Source of the DNA: Octopus bimaculoides | Taxonomy: Eukaryota | Assembly: GCF_001194135.2 (NCBI RefSeq) | Contig: NC_069001.1 | Coordinates: forward strand, 32,943,979-33,007,978 | Direction: 5' to 3' | Length of the DNA: 64,000 nucleotides | Shown here: one piece after another, positions 23,551 to 37,090 of the stretch | How positions within the stretch are numbered: the first letter of the stretch is position 1 | Layout: each line of letters starts with the position of its first letter | Notes under the pieces: generated by a model | Databases searched by the model: none | What the model saw: only the letters and a program-made list of their open reading frames with translations | What the model was told of the DNA's origin: nothing | Position numbers and translations under genes: made by a program

Positions 23551-24364
23551 AATTAACTACATAAAGGTATCGAATCCTTCATATTACTTCCACCTAAATA
23601 CTTTAATGATATACATATATTATAATGCTTCAAATCTTCTGTAAATTTTCTTAGCACAAACTCAGAATGCAGTGCAAGTTGTTAATATCCGTGTAATGGA
23701 AAAACGCATCTTCCTTCTAAATTAAACGTGAAGTTTGGCACCCTTTAAGGAAGGGGAAGGAAAAATATAGGCCTCTATTTTGTTGTCATCTGTCACATTT
23801 TCTTGTTGAATTCATTTTTAGCATAACTCTCCTTCTTGTGGTGCGTTTAGAAGTTAAATTTCACGTCAAAAATACAAACGCGTTTTCTTCTGTTGAAATT
23901 AGCGTGTAATAAGTATGAATATCCTATAGACACGTGTACCTTTCATGAAACTCAAGCCGTATCACTGTGATACTGTGTGACAAAACCGGACCTTTGAATT
24001 ACAAATGAGAGAGAAAGAGAATTGATCTAGTATTGGTATTTTACTTGCTGACCCGAATGGATAAAAGTTTAAGTTGATCTCAATGGGAATTTGATCTCAG
24101 AAAGACAGAATCGTCACTGCAAAATATTCTCTCCCACGAGCTAAGTTACCCTACCAATTCGTTGCGACTATTTTCTCGGCTTGAACTTCTGGTCACCCCT
24201 CTATGAAGTCGGATCATGAAGGAGTCTAAGTTAATCCTTTTTTATTAATGAAGTTGGATAGAGTATAAGTAGACTGTGCATAAATTACCGATACTTCTGT
24301 TGACCGCACTCGATAACAACACCAATTTAGATAAATGCATACTAACTACGCGCACACACGCACA

Positions 24365-24395
<31 letters not shown>

Positions 24396-24889
24396 TGTGT
24401 GTGTGTGTAAAAGTGTATTGTATGTATAATACGTAATATAAAATTTATTATGCACCTGACTGTAGAATGAAAACTGGATCATGTGTAATTCGCATCCTGT
24501 ATCTTTATTGCACCCATCAGATATTTGCATTATTTGAAATCATGGCTTTTTGAATTCCCTTAATTCACATTCGTGAATTAACAACACTTTTAAAATTAGT
24601 AGTGAAACAGTTACATTTTTTAACTAAATTACAGAAACAGTCTGAGTGTCACTTATCTCTTCCAAAATACCTCTACAGTTATCTTATATAATTTAGTACA
24701 CAATGCCAGTAGTAATTTTTTTATGCTGCTTGATTCTATGGAAGTGCTACTTTATTTAACCCTTTAATCCATCATTTTAAAACCATTGCTAAACCAGTTA
24801 TTAAGAAAAAACTGTTGATGTTATTTTCTCTTGAAAGGATTAAAGACGTAAAGCTTAAATCAAAGAATTGATTTTTTTTTTTAATGTCG

Positions 24890-25720
24890 ACGTACCGGCT
24901 GAAGAGTTATTGGTGCGTTTTGTCACCATTGCTGTTTGATGTCCAAAGCAAATAAATTTTAGTGATTTAGTCCATCATTTCTAAAGAGACAGCATCTAAA
25001 TCCAATTTTATCTACAATTCGGCCATATGAAAAATAGTATTGGGCATATTACTGGTCGACGAATATTCTCTTGCGGAATTTCTGGCCAAGTTTCATGCAT
25101 TATGTCCCAGAGGTGTTCAATAGGGATGATATGTGGTGATTGGCTTGGTCATGGAAGCCTTTTAATGCCATTATTCTCATCCAACAGATCTTCGATCATT
25201 TTAGCCGTGTGACAAGGAGCCCCATCTTCCATAAATCTTTTCACATCAAATTCTTCATCACAGAGTCTCCAGACCCACACTCGACCACTGTCAGGAAATA
25301 CAGCAAATCTAGACTCATCAGAGAATATGACAGTGTCCCAAAATGCTAGTAGCCTCTTCACCATCTCACTGGCCCAATCTTTTCTCCGCTTGATGTTGAC
25401 TGGTCGAAAAAGTGGCTTCTTTCTTGCTGCTCTGCCATAGTCACAAAGTTTGTGGAGATACGTGACAGCTGTTCTGGGACTGACATCAACTTGTTCTGCT
25501 ATGTCAGAGGCCTTGCAACGAGGATTATCCTCCACACTTCTCTTAACAAAGAGAAGGGTCTGTCAGAGGGCCCTGGTTGATCTGGGTGAGGTGATGCTGA
25601 CTCCTTTCCTTCTATGGTAAATTGCACAATCACTCTATTAACTGTAGAAAGGTTTTCTGCGATTTTTCACTGACTATGTTCACCTTCACAATGACCCACA
25701 ATACAGCCTCTTAGAATTTC
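24890..25720 (-). mobile_element. Tc1-family transposon relic with internal deletions
   Basis: GRAARKKPL...VIFSDESRF (first D); MEDGAPCHTA (second D); WPSQSP..IPIEHLWD (E of the DD34E triad). The usual ...HGGG.VMVWG... segment between D1 and D2 is absent. Confidence 0.85.
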
Positions 25721-26162
25721 AGGCAGTTCCAAGGCTTCTTTTGTACAACGCATGATTAAACAGTTATATATAGAACCTGAACATAAAAATATCAATTAAT
25801 AAAAAATATAAACATTTAAGTGTGAGAATAAACTTAAAATGATGTTTTATGGGGTGTGTATTTACTTCTATCNNNNNNNNNNNNNNNNNNNNNNNNNNNN
25901 NNNNNNNNNNNNNNNNNNNNNNNNNNNNNNNNNNNNNNNNNNNNNNNNNNNNNNNNNNNNNNNNNNNNNNNNAAACGTAGACAAAATGATAAACAAGTAC
26001 AGAAAACACACAGGCCACATAGGGAACTTTCCTTCATCAGCTGCCACCATTCAACACTGGCGTTTACACACGCACACACACACACACATATATATATATA
26101 CATACACACACATTATATATATCTGTGCATATGTATTTATATATGTGCTTATATATGCACAG

Positions 26163-26203
<41 letters not shown>

Positions 26204-26619
26204 CACATACACATATATGTACTAGACGCACATTCATTTCTAGTTATACTCAAAACATTTGCATGAACATAAACAAACACTTTTACATTTTCTCATAAAT
26301 TCACAAATCTGCAATATATGCGTCTCGTGTAAGCATCGTCTACGTGTGTCTGATTGAATTTTCATTTTCTGTTTTTCTTTTTTCCAAACCAATCCTCTGC
26401 ACTGTGTCCTTTTGTATTTTCACTGTCCTCTCTATTTTAAGCAGTTTTCTTTCATCTTCCCAATTATCCTCTTCTCTAACTCACTCTGTTGATCCTGTTC
26501 ACCGGCTGATCAGTTTATTGTATTACATTTTATAAATAAACAGCAATGGAAGAGAGACAGGATAGAAAACAAAAACAATCTCTTTAAAATTAATCAATAA
26601 ATCATAAACACACTCACAT

Positions 26620-26623
26620 TATA

Positions 26624-26672
<49 letters not shown>

Positions 26673-26682
26673 TGTATGTATG

Positions 26683-26711
<29 letters not shown>
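26620..26711. repeat. (TA)n(TATG)n microsatellite
   Basis: Directly visible. Confidence 0.95.
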
Positions 26712-26713
<2 letters not shown>

Positions 26714-27736
26714 TTCGTAAGCTTATATTGTAAGTGTAGATGTATGAATGCCAGTGTTAGGTCTGATTGATTTTTATCCATATGTTTGTAAATAATGGAA
26801 CTATCTAGTTATTGTGTTCGTTGTTTCTTGTAAAAAGCAAAAAAAAACAAAGCTGTTAATCTTATGGACTGAAGGAAAAAACATGAACTCTACGACTTAC
26901 CCTTTACTCCTATAAACCTGGGATTTAATGGATTAATGAAAAAAAATAAGGCATTCTTTGTGTTTTAGTTTCACATCTGATTTCTGATTTCAATTCCTTC
27001 ACTTCCGTCATTAGTGAATCTTCGAATAGAAGTGATGTTCACCATTTTTTCCTTCCTTTCTTTGTTGCTCTTTTTTTAAAAAAAAACGTTTTTTATTGAG
27101 TAAAAAATTTCGATCGATATTATTCCAACACAGTTTCGATTCATTATTGTAGTAGCCAATTTCACTTGGCTGACTCACAAATGTCTTACAGGGCCTCCGA
27201 AAGAAAATAGGCGAGGAGGAATAAATCTGCTTTCATGTTCCGAGTCAAAATTCATGGGAGTGCGAGTTTAAAAAAAAATACTTTCATTATTTAGAAGGAG
27301 CTCTTAGATAGTTACGTGCCTCTCCTGTGTTTCCTTGGTCTTGAAATGATGTACCAGCCGAACCTATACTCCTTCAAGAAAAGAGACGTTGTATAACTTA
27401 TTTCTCATCATATATAAACTTGAGGTCTTACGATCCAAATCATCACAGAGTGTTATTTAACTAAGAAACTGGAGACACTCATTTTAGACTAATAGGATAT
27501 TGACCAGTATTTGTTTTATTGACCACAAAAGAATTCCTAAGTGGAATTTAAACTCAGAACTTAAAGGGATGCAACTAAGTATTCTCGGGTATGACTGTTC
27601 GGGCAATCTGCTATTCACCCACTGCAGAATAATCATAAGAAGAAACTATATTCATTATAACATTTCCACTTCTTTTCATATCAAAAACTTCCAAGGAACG
27701 ACTTTACAGTTTATTTCTCTAATATGGGTAGAATTT

Positions 27737-29045
27737 TGGTTTCAAATTTTGGTACAAGGCCAGCAGATTCAGGTGAGGGTGTATGTCGATTACATCGACT
27801 CCACTGGTACTTATTTTATCGATCCCGAAAGGTTGAAAGGCAAAGTTGACCTTGGCGGAACTTGAACTCAGAACTTAAAACGATTCTGCCTTCTCGCTGC
27901 TTTAATATCGATAAAATATTTGTGTTTATTGCACACAGGGGGCTAAACATAGAGGGGACAAACAAGAACAGACAAACGGATTAAGACAAAGTGGACCTCG
28001 GCAGAATTTGAACTCAGAACGTAACGGCAGCCGATATACTGCTAAGCATTTCGCCTAGCGTGCTAACGTTTTTGCCAGCTCGCCGCCTTTCGATAAAATA
28101 TCGATAAAATATTGTCTCTATGTTGATATACTTCAAAATACGTTTAAGTGGCGAATTTGTATTTCCCAAAGAATATACAGTCCATTCATTCTCTTTTACT
28201 ACTAGCAAGAGGTAAGGCGGCGAGCTGGCAGAAACGTTAGTACCAGTTACGCACTGGGGTCGATATAATCGACTTAATCCGTTTGTCTGTCCTTGTTTGT
28301 CTCCTCTATGTTTAGCCCCTTGTGGGGGCAATAAAGAAATAAGAACCGTTAGCATGCCGGGCAAAATGCTTAGCGGCATTTCGTCTGTCTTTGCGTTCTG
28401 AGTTCAAATTCCACCGAGGTCAACTTTGTCATTCATCCTTTCGGGGTCACCATTTGAACACTAGGGTCGATAAAATATCCACCATTTGAACACTGGGGTT
28501 GATGTAATCGTCTTACTCCCTTCCCCGAAATTGCTGGCCTTGTACCAGAATTAGAAATCATTATTAGCAAGAGCCCCAACGGAATTCATCTATGTCATAG
28601 GTCTAGTTATTCTTAAACTGTACATATTAGGCTAAATGAAGTGGTTTTGTGTGTTATATATGTTCGGATGTGTGTATTTGTCTGTTCGGTCGAGGTAAAT
28701 GCTGTGCGGAAAAGTCTGACAACGTGCAGCAGGGTAACAAATAGAAAGCACAAAAAGGATGAAAAATAATTTTAGATTTAATTAATTGCTGAAAGTAATT
28801 TTCTTTTGTGGGGTGGGATTGTGGAATAAATATTGGTTTCAAGTTTTGGCATCAGGCCAGCAATTTAGGGGGACAAGGTAAATCAATTACATCGATCCTA
28901 GTGCTCAACTGGTACTTATTTTATCGACACCGAAAGGATGAAGAGCAATGTCGACCTCGGCGGAATTTGAACTTAGAACGTAAAGACGGGCGAAATGCTG
29001 CCAAGCATTTTGCTTGGTGCGTTAACGATTCTGCCACTTTGTTGG
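27737..29045. mobile_element. Cluster of five family-A SINEs: 27737-27899 (-), 27921-28090 (-), 28214-28343 (+), 28345-28562 (+), 28832-29045 (-)
   Basis: Diagnostic head and centre blocks in each copy. The 27921-28090 copy is flanked by TCGATAAAATAT on both sides (TSD). Confidence 0.85.
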
Positions 29046-29149
29046 TGGAAAACATATTAAATAATATTGATTAAAGCGAGTCTTGTCAAAAGGTTTTTGT
29101 TGGCCGCAAAGTGCAAATGATTTCATTGCGCTAGTGCTGGAATTTTACA

Positions 29150-29485
29150 ACTCTGGAGATGTGAACATTATAATTCAGAACATCCTGAACTCAATATAGA
29201 CAGGATGTGCAGCATTAGTACCACGTAAGCACAAAAACATCTCAAAAGTGCAATTTGGGAGACTGCAGCAGTCAGACTTGCCAGGAAAGAACGTCGTAAT
29301 GCTGAACGGGAATACAAACTGCATAAATCAGATATAAACAGGAAAAAGCGCTATAAATCATTCAACCATCTCAAGCAGGTGACAAAAAAGGGCAGTGCTT
29401 GAATTTGAGCAGCGCATAGCAACCAACCCTGACAGTAAGGTGTTCTGGAAATATGTACGTTCAAGGCAGAAACCTCACTCTCCAG
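29150..29485 (+). mobile_element. CR1-like LINE ORF2 fragment (tether between endonuclease and RT)
   Basis: AVRLARKERRNAEREYK...AVLEFEQRIATNPDSKVFWKYVRSRQK resembles the ...YE..IA....NPK.FWKYV.SK motif. Confidence 0.55.
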
Positions 29486-30325
29486 TTATAATTTTTCTTT
29501 AAAAGAAAGCATTAGACTTTATTTACTTATGTATTTTAAAAAATGCAGACTTGACAGGTGTATGAATAAATGATGGATTGATCATTAAGATATTTTGCTT
29601 CTAATTTCTAGAATTACTAGGTTGGCTTCATTGCGAGTACCTGGACTTTGCTTCTGCGTTTGCTAGACATTGATATGCTATATTTACCACAATCCACCGA
29701 TTGCTCGATCAATGCATCTAAAAATTTGGTATTACAAAACTTTGTATTACAAGTTTGCAAGTATTATGTATGTATTACAAATTAATTCATGAAGCATCTC
29801 TTTAAGATACAGATTAAAACGTAACTATAATGCGCTTATAAAATTTTCCTGAGAAATTTTTCAAGTTCATTGATTTTATTTTTTCTGTATACTATTGACA
29901 CTGTGGAGAAATTATCCAAGTAGTCCTCATTCTGAATATTACTCATTCATTGTCAAGGCTCACCGATAAAATTCACATATAATTCCTCTTAAGTTGCTTC
30001 CTGTTAAAAATGCAAATTAGCTTACCATGGTCGTGGATGGGACTGTTTCCTATTGTAAAGCCATAGCTAACGTATTTTGCTTGTTTGTAATCTTAAGGGG
30101 AACACTTAGCAGTGATTCGGATTATGTTCCCCGAACGTATTGCGAAATATTTTCCTTAGTTTTACTTATCAATTNNNNNNNNNNNNNNNNNNNNNNNNNN
30201 NNNNNNNNNNNNNNNNNNNNNNNNNNNNNNNNNNNNNNNNNNNNNNNNNNNNNNNNNNNNNNNNNNNNNNNNNNNNNNTTTCTCATTTCCTATGAGGTAT
30301 GGTTTTCCTAATCCGAAACTCCATC

Positions 30326-30498
30326 CATGCCCGACGCTAGGTGGGGTGGCAGCGGACGGCACTGCCCTCTCACTATTCAATGGTTGCACCCTCAGATTTA
30401 GAAAATACAGTTGACAAAAATCTTCCCACAATGCAAATTAGTGCCTACCCAGAATATTCTGAAGCATCCCCGGGCACCGAAGTCAGGCAACGGGCCTG
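30326..30498 (-). mobile_element. hAT-type MITE, copy 3
   Basis: TIRs CATGCCCGACGC / GCAACGGGCCTG; perfect 8-bp TSD ACTCCATC at 30318-30325 and 30499-30506. Confidence 0.9.
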
Positions 30499-32099
30499 AC
30501 TCCATCATAAAGTCGTATTGTTTGTAACAAACTGTACTGAATGTGCTTTTGTTACTCTTCTCAAACTCTCACTCTCTCAACAATTCATTTAAAAATATAT
30601 TTGCTGATTCAAGTAATTATTCGAGAGTAGCACTGGATGTTATTTCCAAACGAGTTCTAGTCTCTTCAAATTATTATTTTGGAATTGCATCATGGTTACA
30701 TCAAATTCAAACTTCCTTGCTATTATGTCCAGTTGTAATAACTACAAATTAACAAAGGCTTTTTATTCCCCTTCCTCATTGAGTCGTTTTCCTTTATATA
30801 CTGACGGTATAATTATTTTATTAATCTCTAGCCCCAGTGATGGAGAGGCAAGTCGACCTCAATGATCGACTTCAACGTCCCTGTCGGGCTTGCCGCGAGT
30901 ATCAGAATATCATGAGCTTAAAGCTAGATCCTCAGGCTAATAATAATAATAATAATGATAATAATAATAATAATAAACGAGCTTAGCAAGCAAACACCGG
31001 CTTAGCCAGCTGTTGGTGTTATTTCTGGTCATTTAGTAGATTTTCTTTTTATTGATCTCGAAATCGATTTCAGAGGTAGCGACTATATCAAACTAATATG
31101 TATCCGTTGAAGGTATATATTTAACAGCAGCAGCAGAGTGAAGAATATGCCCGACAGCGATTCATCGCCCTTTTGGCAGTTTAAAGAAGTAAAGGTTAAG
31201 TGTTAAAGTGGCTTCCAATTTTATGGCATCCTAGTTCTTGAGTCAACGTTTAATGTTGGGTGTACAACACAAATTCACCAGCAGCACTTTAACGAGCAGC
31301 CTAGTAGATAGGTCAGTATAATTAGTTGCAATGAAAACAAGTACAATCCTATTAAACACGCCTGATATGTCATTACATTTAGATGTTACTGTTGTTTTTA
31401 TCTTTCATTGAGATGCTGTGACATCTCCAAATGGATCTCTTATTTAGTGCATATGAAATTTTCTTACATACCCACAAAATAACTTATTTGTTGGTGATGG
31501 TAAGTGGATTGTTGATTAGATCGATGACTAGTAATTGTTTTATTGCACTTGGAAGGATAAAAAGCAAAAGATGACAGGATTTTAGTTCATACAATAATGG
31601 AATAAATCACAATGTTATAGAAAACAATACAATTGACAAAACAGTATAATATGCAAGCAGAGTTTTATTAAAGATAAGTATTACATACTAAAAAAAAAAA
31701 AAATGCTTATATGGCACATAGTTGTTAACAGTATTAAATTCTGTTAAAACTAGTCTTTTGAGATATAGACAATAAAAATGTATCTTTACACGTAAAGTAT
31801 TTAATCAAGAAACATGAACACACACACACANNNNNNNNNNNNNNNNNNNNNNNNNNNNNNNNNNNNNNNNNNNNNNNNNNNNNNNNNNNNNNNNNNNNNN
31901 NNNNNNNNNNNNNNNNNNNNNNNNNNNNNNNNNNNNNNNNNNNNNNNNNNNNNNNNNNNNNNNNNNNNNNNNNNNNNNNNNNNNNNNNNNNNNNNNNNNN
32001 NNNNNNNNNNNNNNNNNNNNNNNNNNNNNNNNNNNNNNNNNNNNNNNNNNNNNNNNNNNNNNNNNNNNNNNNNNNNNNNNNNNNNNNNNNNNNNNNNNN

Positions 32100-32336
32100 A
32101 TCCATATGGCCCTTCGGGGGTCCATATAAGATTTCGTTGTTAAAATCTGTTTGCAATAAATTGGTTTTACTTCTACAAAACAAAATATTTTGACATTTTT
32201 TTAAATGCTAATATTTATTTTTAACTATACTTAATTATAAAAAATATATGATTTTAAACACTGAATGGCTAGGAGGGTACATCCGATCAAAAGGGGCCCA
32301 TAGGTAAAAAAAAAAAAAATGGCTGAGAAACTCTGG
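32100..32336. mobile_element. Right end of a Charlie-like hAT MITE (left end lost in gap)
   Basis: Ends GGCTGAGAAACTCTG, resembling the GGTTGAGAACCACTG-type TIR. Confidence 0.4.
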
Positions 32337-33669
32337 CTTAGCTAATTAATATATCGCAAATGTGGGTGATAAATAAATCAACCTGGAACAAAGGACGAAG
32401 TTCTGTCTGTCTGTCTGTCTCTCTCTCTCTCACACATACACTGTCTTCAGAATATAGCGAGAAATGCTTTCAGGTGTTCTGTGTCGTCGAGCCATATAGT
32501 AGACAGATGTACATGAAGCAAAGCAACACAACTTTAGTCAAGCTAATCGAGGTGTCTTGCGAGCTGAGAGTTTACTAATACTGAACATGCCAGTCAGTTA
32601 GCAGCACAATTCTCATGACTATCTTCATGTGTCTTTGAAAGCGTGAAATGAAAGTTGGAAATGTATTCACTTAGTCATGAGAGAAGTCCTGTTTGAAATC
32701 ATTTTATTTTACTTACGTTGCTGATGTTTCCTTGATTCAGTCGAATATGAAATCTAGGCAAAAGTAAATATGTATCTGTGTGTGTGTGAATACAAAACAG
32801 GAAAAATGCTAATTGGCTTGTTGGTTCATTATTAAATATTTAATTTTCGTCGAATATTTCTTAGCCAAAACCCGTCCTTCTCTCAGTTATATTCTAGTAA
32901 TTTTTGTAAGTCATTACTGAAAAAAATAGCGATACTTTCATCAAGTACGCAATGCTTCATCTGCTTCTTATCCCTTCTTGAAAACTTGCCTCAGACAGAT
33001 GATCTGGAGTGTGGAGAGCTAATTTATCTTGGTAGAAGCACGTCTCAATATTACTGACGAAATAAGAACCATCCACGTTCATCTCGAATACCAAAAGACT
33101 AACAATTTGTTCTGCTACAAGACACACTTTATGAAAAGAGCATTTTGAAATATTTCCAGTTTAAATTTTGATGAAAAATGTGGAAATTTGGGGAAATGTT
33201 AAGTTTGGTGTTTGAGAGAGAGAGAGAGAGATTTGGAAATCAAGCTGCTAATCTGTATGTAAGCATATTTATTGTTTGAATCATGCGAAAAGATTAAGCA
33301 ATTTATGTGGAGTCAGTTAAACTCTCGTAATAATACGAAAAATAGAATTCAATAAAATTTTAAATGTTTATTTTTTTTTTATTTGTTGAAGTTTACAGCT
33401 ATCCGAGTCAATGAGCTGTCAGGCGGCTGGTCGAACGGTTCATGGTCTGTACATGATCACTGGCGGTCGCAACCTTGAAATGTTCCATTCATTTCCTGTC
33501 CTGTCCTGTTCGTCCATCCATAGTTTAATGACAATGATATCACTCATCAGTTCTAAGACATCCAGTGTTTCTAGGAGTGGCTGACAAGTCTAATACAGAC
33601 ACAAAACATTGGACGGATGTGGTCGGAACTCCACGCCAGCGCGCTGACAGCTTTGGACTTCCATGACTC

Positions 33670-33809
33670 CATAAGCGTAGCTAGGGGGTCGGGCGGGCGG
33701 TAGGGGCGGTATTTTTCACCCTGTTGTAGGCAATATGTTTTTTTGTGGGGTCAGGGGGCGGCAAACGAAAGGACCACCCCGGGTGGCACACACTCTAGCT
33801 ACACTAGTG
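33670..33809. mobile_element. hAT-type MITE, second family (140 bp)
   Basis: TIRs CATAAGCGTAGCTAG / CTAGCTACACTAGTG; TSD CATGACTC / CATGGCTC (7/8). Confidence 0.8.
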
Positions 33810-33889
33810 CATGGCTCCCACTTTTACTCATATGTTATATCTTTCCTGGTGAGGTTGTACTTGGTAGATCTCTCAATAGCAAGGTTGTC

Positions 33890-34075
33890 TTATATCTTTG
33901 AATTGATACTGAAGAACAAGTTCCCAGACACCGAGAACCTCGATTTCATGCTATTGCCCAGCATGTGCACACACTCTGCTATACAGGGCTAGACTGTAAC
34001 TGGCCTGATTGCATTGACAGAATGGACGAAGAACGCCCTCTGAAACATTATTTTTGCAGTGAGTTGGCTGGGTTG
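33890..34075 (+). mobile_element. RTE-clade LINE 3' ORF fragment
   Basis: WPDCIDRMDEERPLKHYFCSEL matches the RTE motif W.GH..RM...R.PK...YSEL. Confidence 0.55.
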
Positions 34076-36809
34076 ATATGATCGATTAATGGATAGTTCA
34101 GATGCTATAAAGATACTTGCAATGTTTCCTCATCTACTTAACTGTAATAACGTTGACAGGAAAAAAAAACTGACCACCGCAAACAGAAGTAACGTTTAAT
34201 AGACACATGTTTCGCTAGCTTGCACTATCGAGTTCAAATCCTTGTAAAAGTATTGCCTGATTTCCTCTTTAAAAACAATCTCCCTGCCTATATTACACGA
34301 CTTGAGTAGGTATTCAATAAAGCTTGAATACTACAGGCTAAGGAACTGACACACAGTGTGTGGAGACTTTTTCAGAGAAGTTGATTTAATCGATCCAATA
34401 ACATTGCTTTTATTTACTTTATCAGTCCGAGAAAAATAAAAAGTGAAGTTGATCGTTGTGGGACTTGAACTCAGAATTTAGAGGGACCGTTAATCAATTA
34501 CTTTGTCTAATTACTACTTCTGCCATCCACATCTGATTCCAAAAATTAATAAAGGATAGTTTTGCATAGACTGTTCGTTTGTTTTTAGACGGTTAAGTTG
34601 GCTACTTTTTTTCACCAAAGTTATTCATAAACTATGAAATTTTACAACAGCGAACGCTTCTATCCTATGGTGCTTATATGCAACAAGCTTGTTAAGTGTT
34701 TGATTAGTTTGCCTGCTACGAACATAACACAATTCTTCTGAGGACCGTCGACCAACTGGAGAGTTAGTTGATAGACAACGACATATCTTGATAGTCACAA
34801 GCTGCCTTTTCCGCACTGACGAAGCTAATTATAAAAAAAAGCTGGTCGTTGTTTCGTTTGTTTTGCTAGAGCAGATCAAAGCGCTCAAGCCACGATCTTA
34901 CTGCATTTTTTTATTGACCAACACTGTATTACTCAGTGTGTCTTTTCTTTTTTATGACGATAGGGTAAGGTATGATTTGAAAATGTATTCTTTCTAGCAG
35001 GTGGAATAACCATGCAGAAGTATCCTTGTTGGATGAAAAATACTATCTTTAAAGATTAATTAATTGATATTATTACTTAAGCTTGCACTATGGAACACTC
35101 CCTTGAACAGCTGTCGAGTGGTGACTTCAACGATTTCGGCAGAATCACTGACAGTTTTACTCCCTCCAGCGGGTTCTAGTAGTATTGGTACTATCAGAAA
35201 ATTTCGGGGTTCTTTCTACTCACACAGTAGAACACCTCCATCCCGTTTTCAATGCAGCCACCATACCAAAACGAGTTGCAACTGTAAGCATGCCAACCTT
35301 GCAACTGAAAAATTTTTTTCTCCCTACCCTTTGATCTGCAATGCCTGTGATGAAGTATTTCCTGCACCCCCCCNNNNNNNNNNCCCCCCACTAAACAAAT
35401 CACTGCTCTGTTAGCTTTGTTTAGTCCAATGCTAGCCAAGTGGATGTAGTTATAATCCCACGATTATTCTTCCTCACTACAGGCATCTTATAATTGCCAT
35501 CTTCTGAACTGAATCACAAATAATTTAATGTTTTACCATCAGTCACTTCTTTAACGAAATACATAATAAAACTAAGTAAAAGGGTATGGATATAAAAGAA
35601 TAGAAAAAGCAGTGTAGATAAGCGTAAAGGAAAATCAATTGAATTATCAAGTTAGAAATAGGTAAAAATGTAATAGAGTAAAACACTAATCTAGAGTTAC
35701 TTCCCTTCCATCCTGTATATTTTATTTCCAATTTTTCTCAAAATAACTATTTGCTTACATTTTGATACAGCGACTACCCATTTCTGATAGGATTTAAGTT
35801 GAGATTACTCTCGGCCCGACATATTTAAAGCCTTTTCTCAATGTTACTTTGGCGGAACTTTCAGAATAGCTATCATGAAATTTCGTTTTATTATATTTTT
35901 TTCGGTATTTAAAAAAAATCATTTTGTAATATCCCTCTTGCCAAAACACTAGGAATTCGCATTTAAAAAGATCCCCCCCCCCAATCCATAGTTTTAAAAT
36001 TTCTTTAAACCCTTCCTCTTCATCGCGCCTTCAGAATAGCAGCCACGATTAAAATTTTATTTTAATCCTGACAGCTAATTTTCTTTTTTTCACCTCTAAA
36101 TTACAGTATGTTATATTTGATGGCAAACTTGAACGGCTCGGGGCAACCCATTAAGATGTTTCGACTCACGAACGAGAAAATAAATACTTTATTATGAAAA
36201 CACGCTGTTATTTTCTACCGGATATTATACTGGTTAATCCCTCTGCTTGCAATTCGTGTTTTTTCTTCGAAATAACCGACACGCGTCTATGCCTAAATTT
36301 ATCATAAGCACAAGGTCTATGTGCACAGTAAAATTGATGCTTGTATATATACACGTACAGATGAGTGGCGAACAAACACGCATTCATCGTTTTGTTACTA
36401 TTACATAGGTGGCATTATTCGACTTTACGATCAGTCTGTCTGTCTGTCTCTCTCTCTCTCTCACTCACACACACACGTTGTAGCCATATACTGGAAAATA
36501 CTTTATGGCTATAAACTGGTAAAACACGCAGATACGTATAATTGTAGCACTAGTTAGGTAGACTGAGTCACTAATGAACTACCTTGCTTTACATCACAGC
36601 GCAGCTTCCACGAGAGTAAACATACGTATGACATACATATGTATATAAACCGCTTATTTCATTATAATTACGAATAATGTTTCAACCGCTTATTATCTGC
36701 TGATTATATTGTTACCGAAAGAGCTTTGTCCAAAAGCGACCACAATAAGCGGCTTTCACTGTATGCGCACTACATACATGATGAGAAACTTGAAACTGTT
36801 GGATCTAAG

Positions 36810-37090
36810 TTTGAAAATGTATTGTTTCTAGCAGGTGGAATAACCATGTAGAAGTATCCTCGTTGGATGAAAAATACTATCGATAAAGATTAATTGATTG
36901 ATATTATTACTTAAGCTTATCATTGGTGCACTAGGCTGTATAACAACAGATTTGCTTAAAAGCCCACAAATGCTGGAGTTCGCCAAAGAAAGACAAAGTA
37001 AACGTATTCTCATTGTCCAAACACAATGGATTAGTGGTACTGTGAAAATTTGCAAAACATTCCAAAGAATCTTCATCCGAGGTTCCTGAG
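36810..37090 (+). mobile_element. C-terminus of an RLE-type (R4/Dong-like) LINE; its first 109 bp are duplicated at 34976-35084
   Basis: IIGALG motif followed by ...WISGTVKICKTFQ; the two 109-bp copies differ at 6 positions. Confidence 0.6.
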
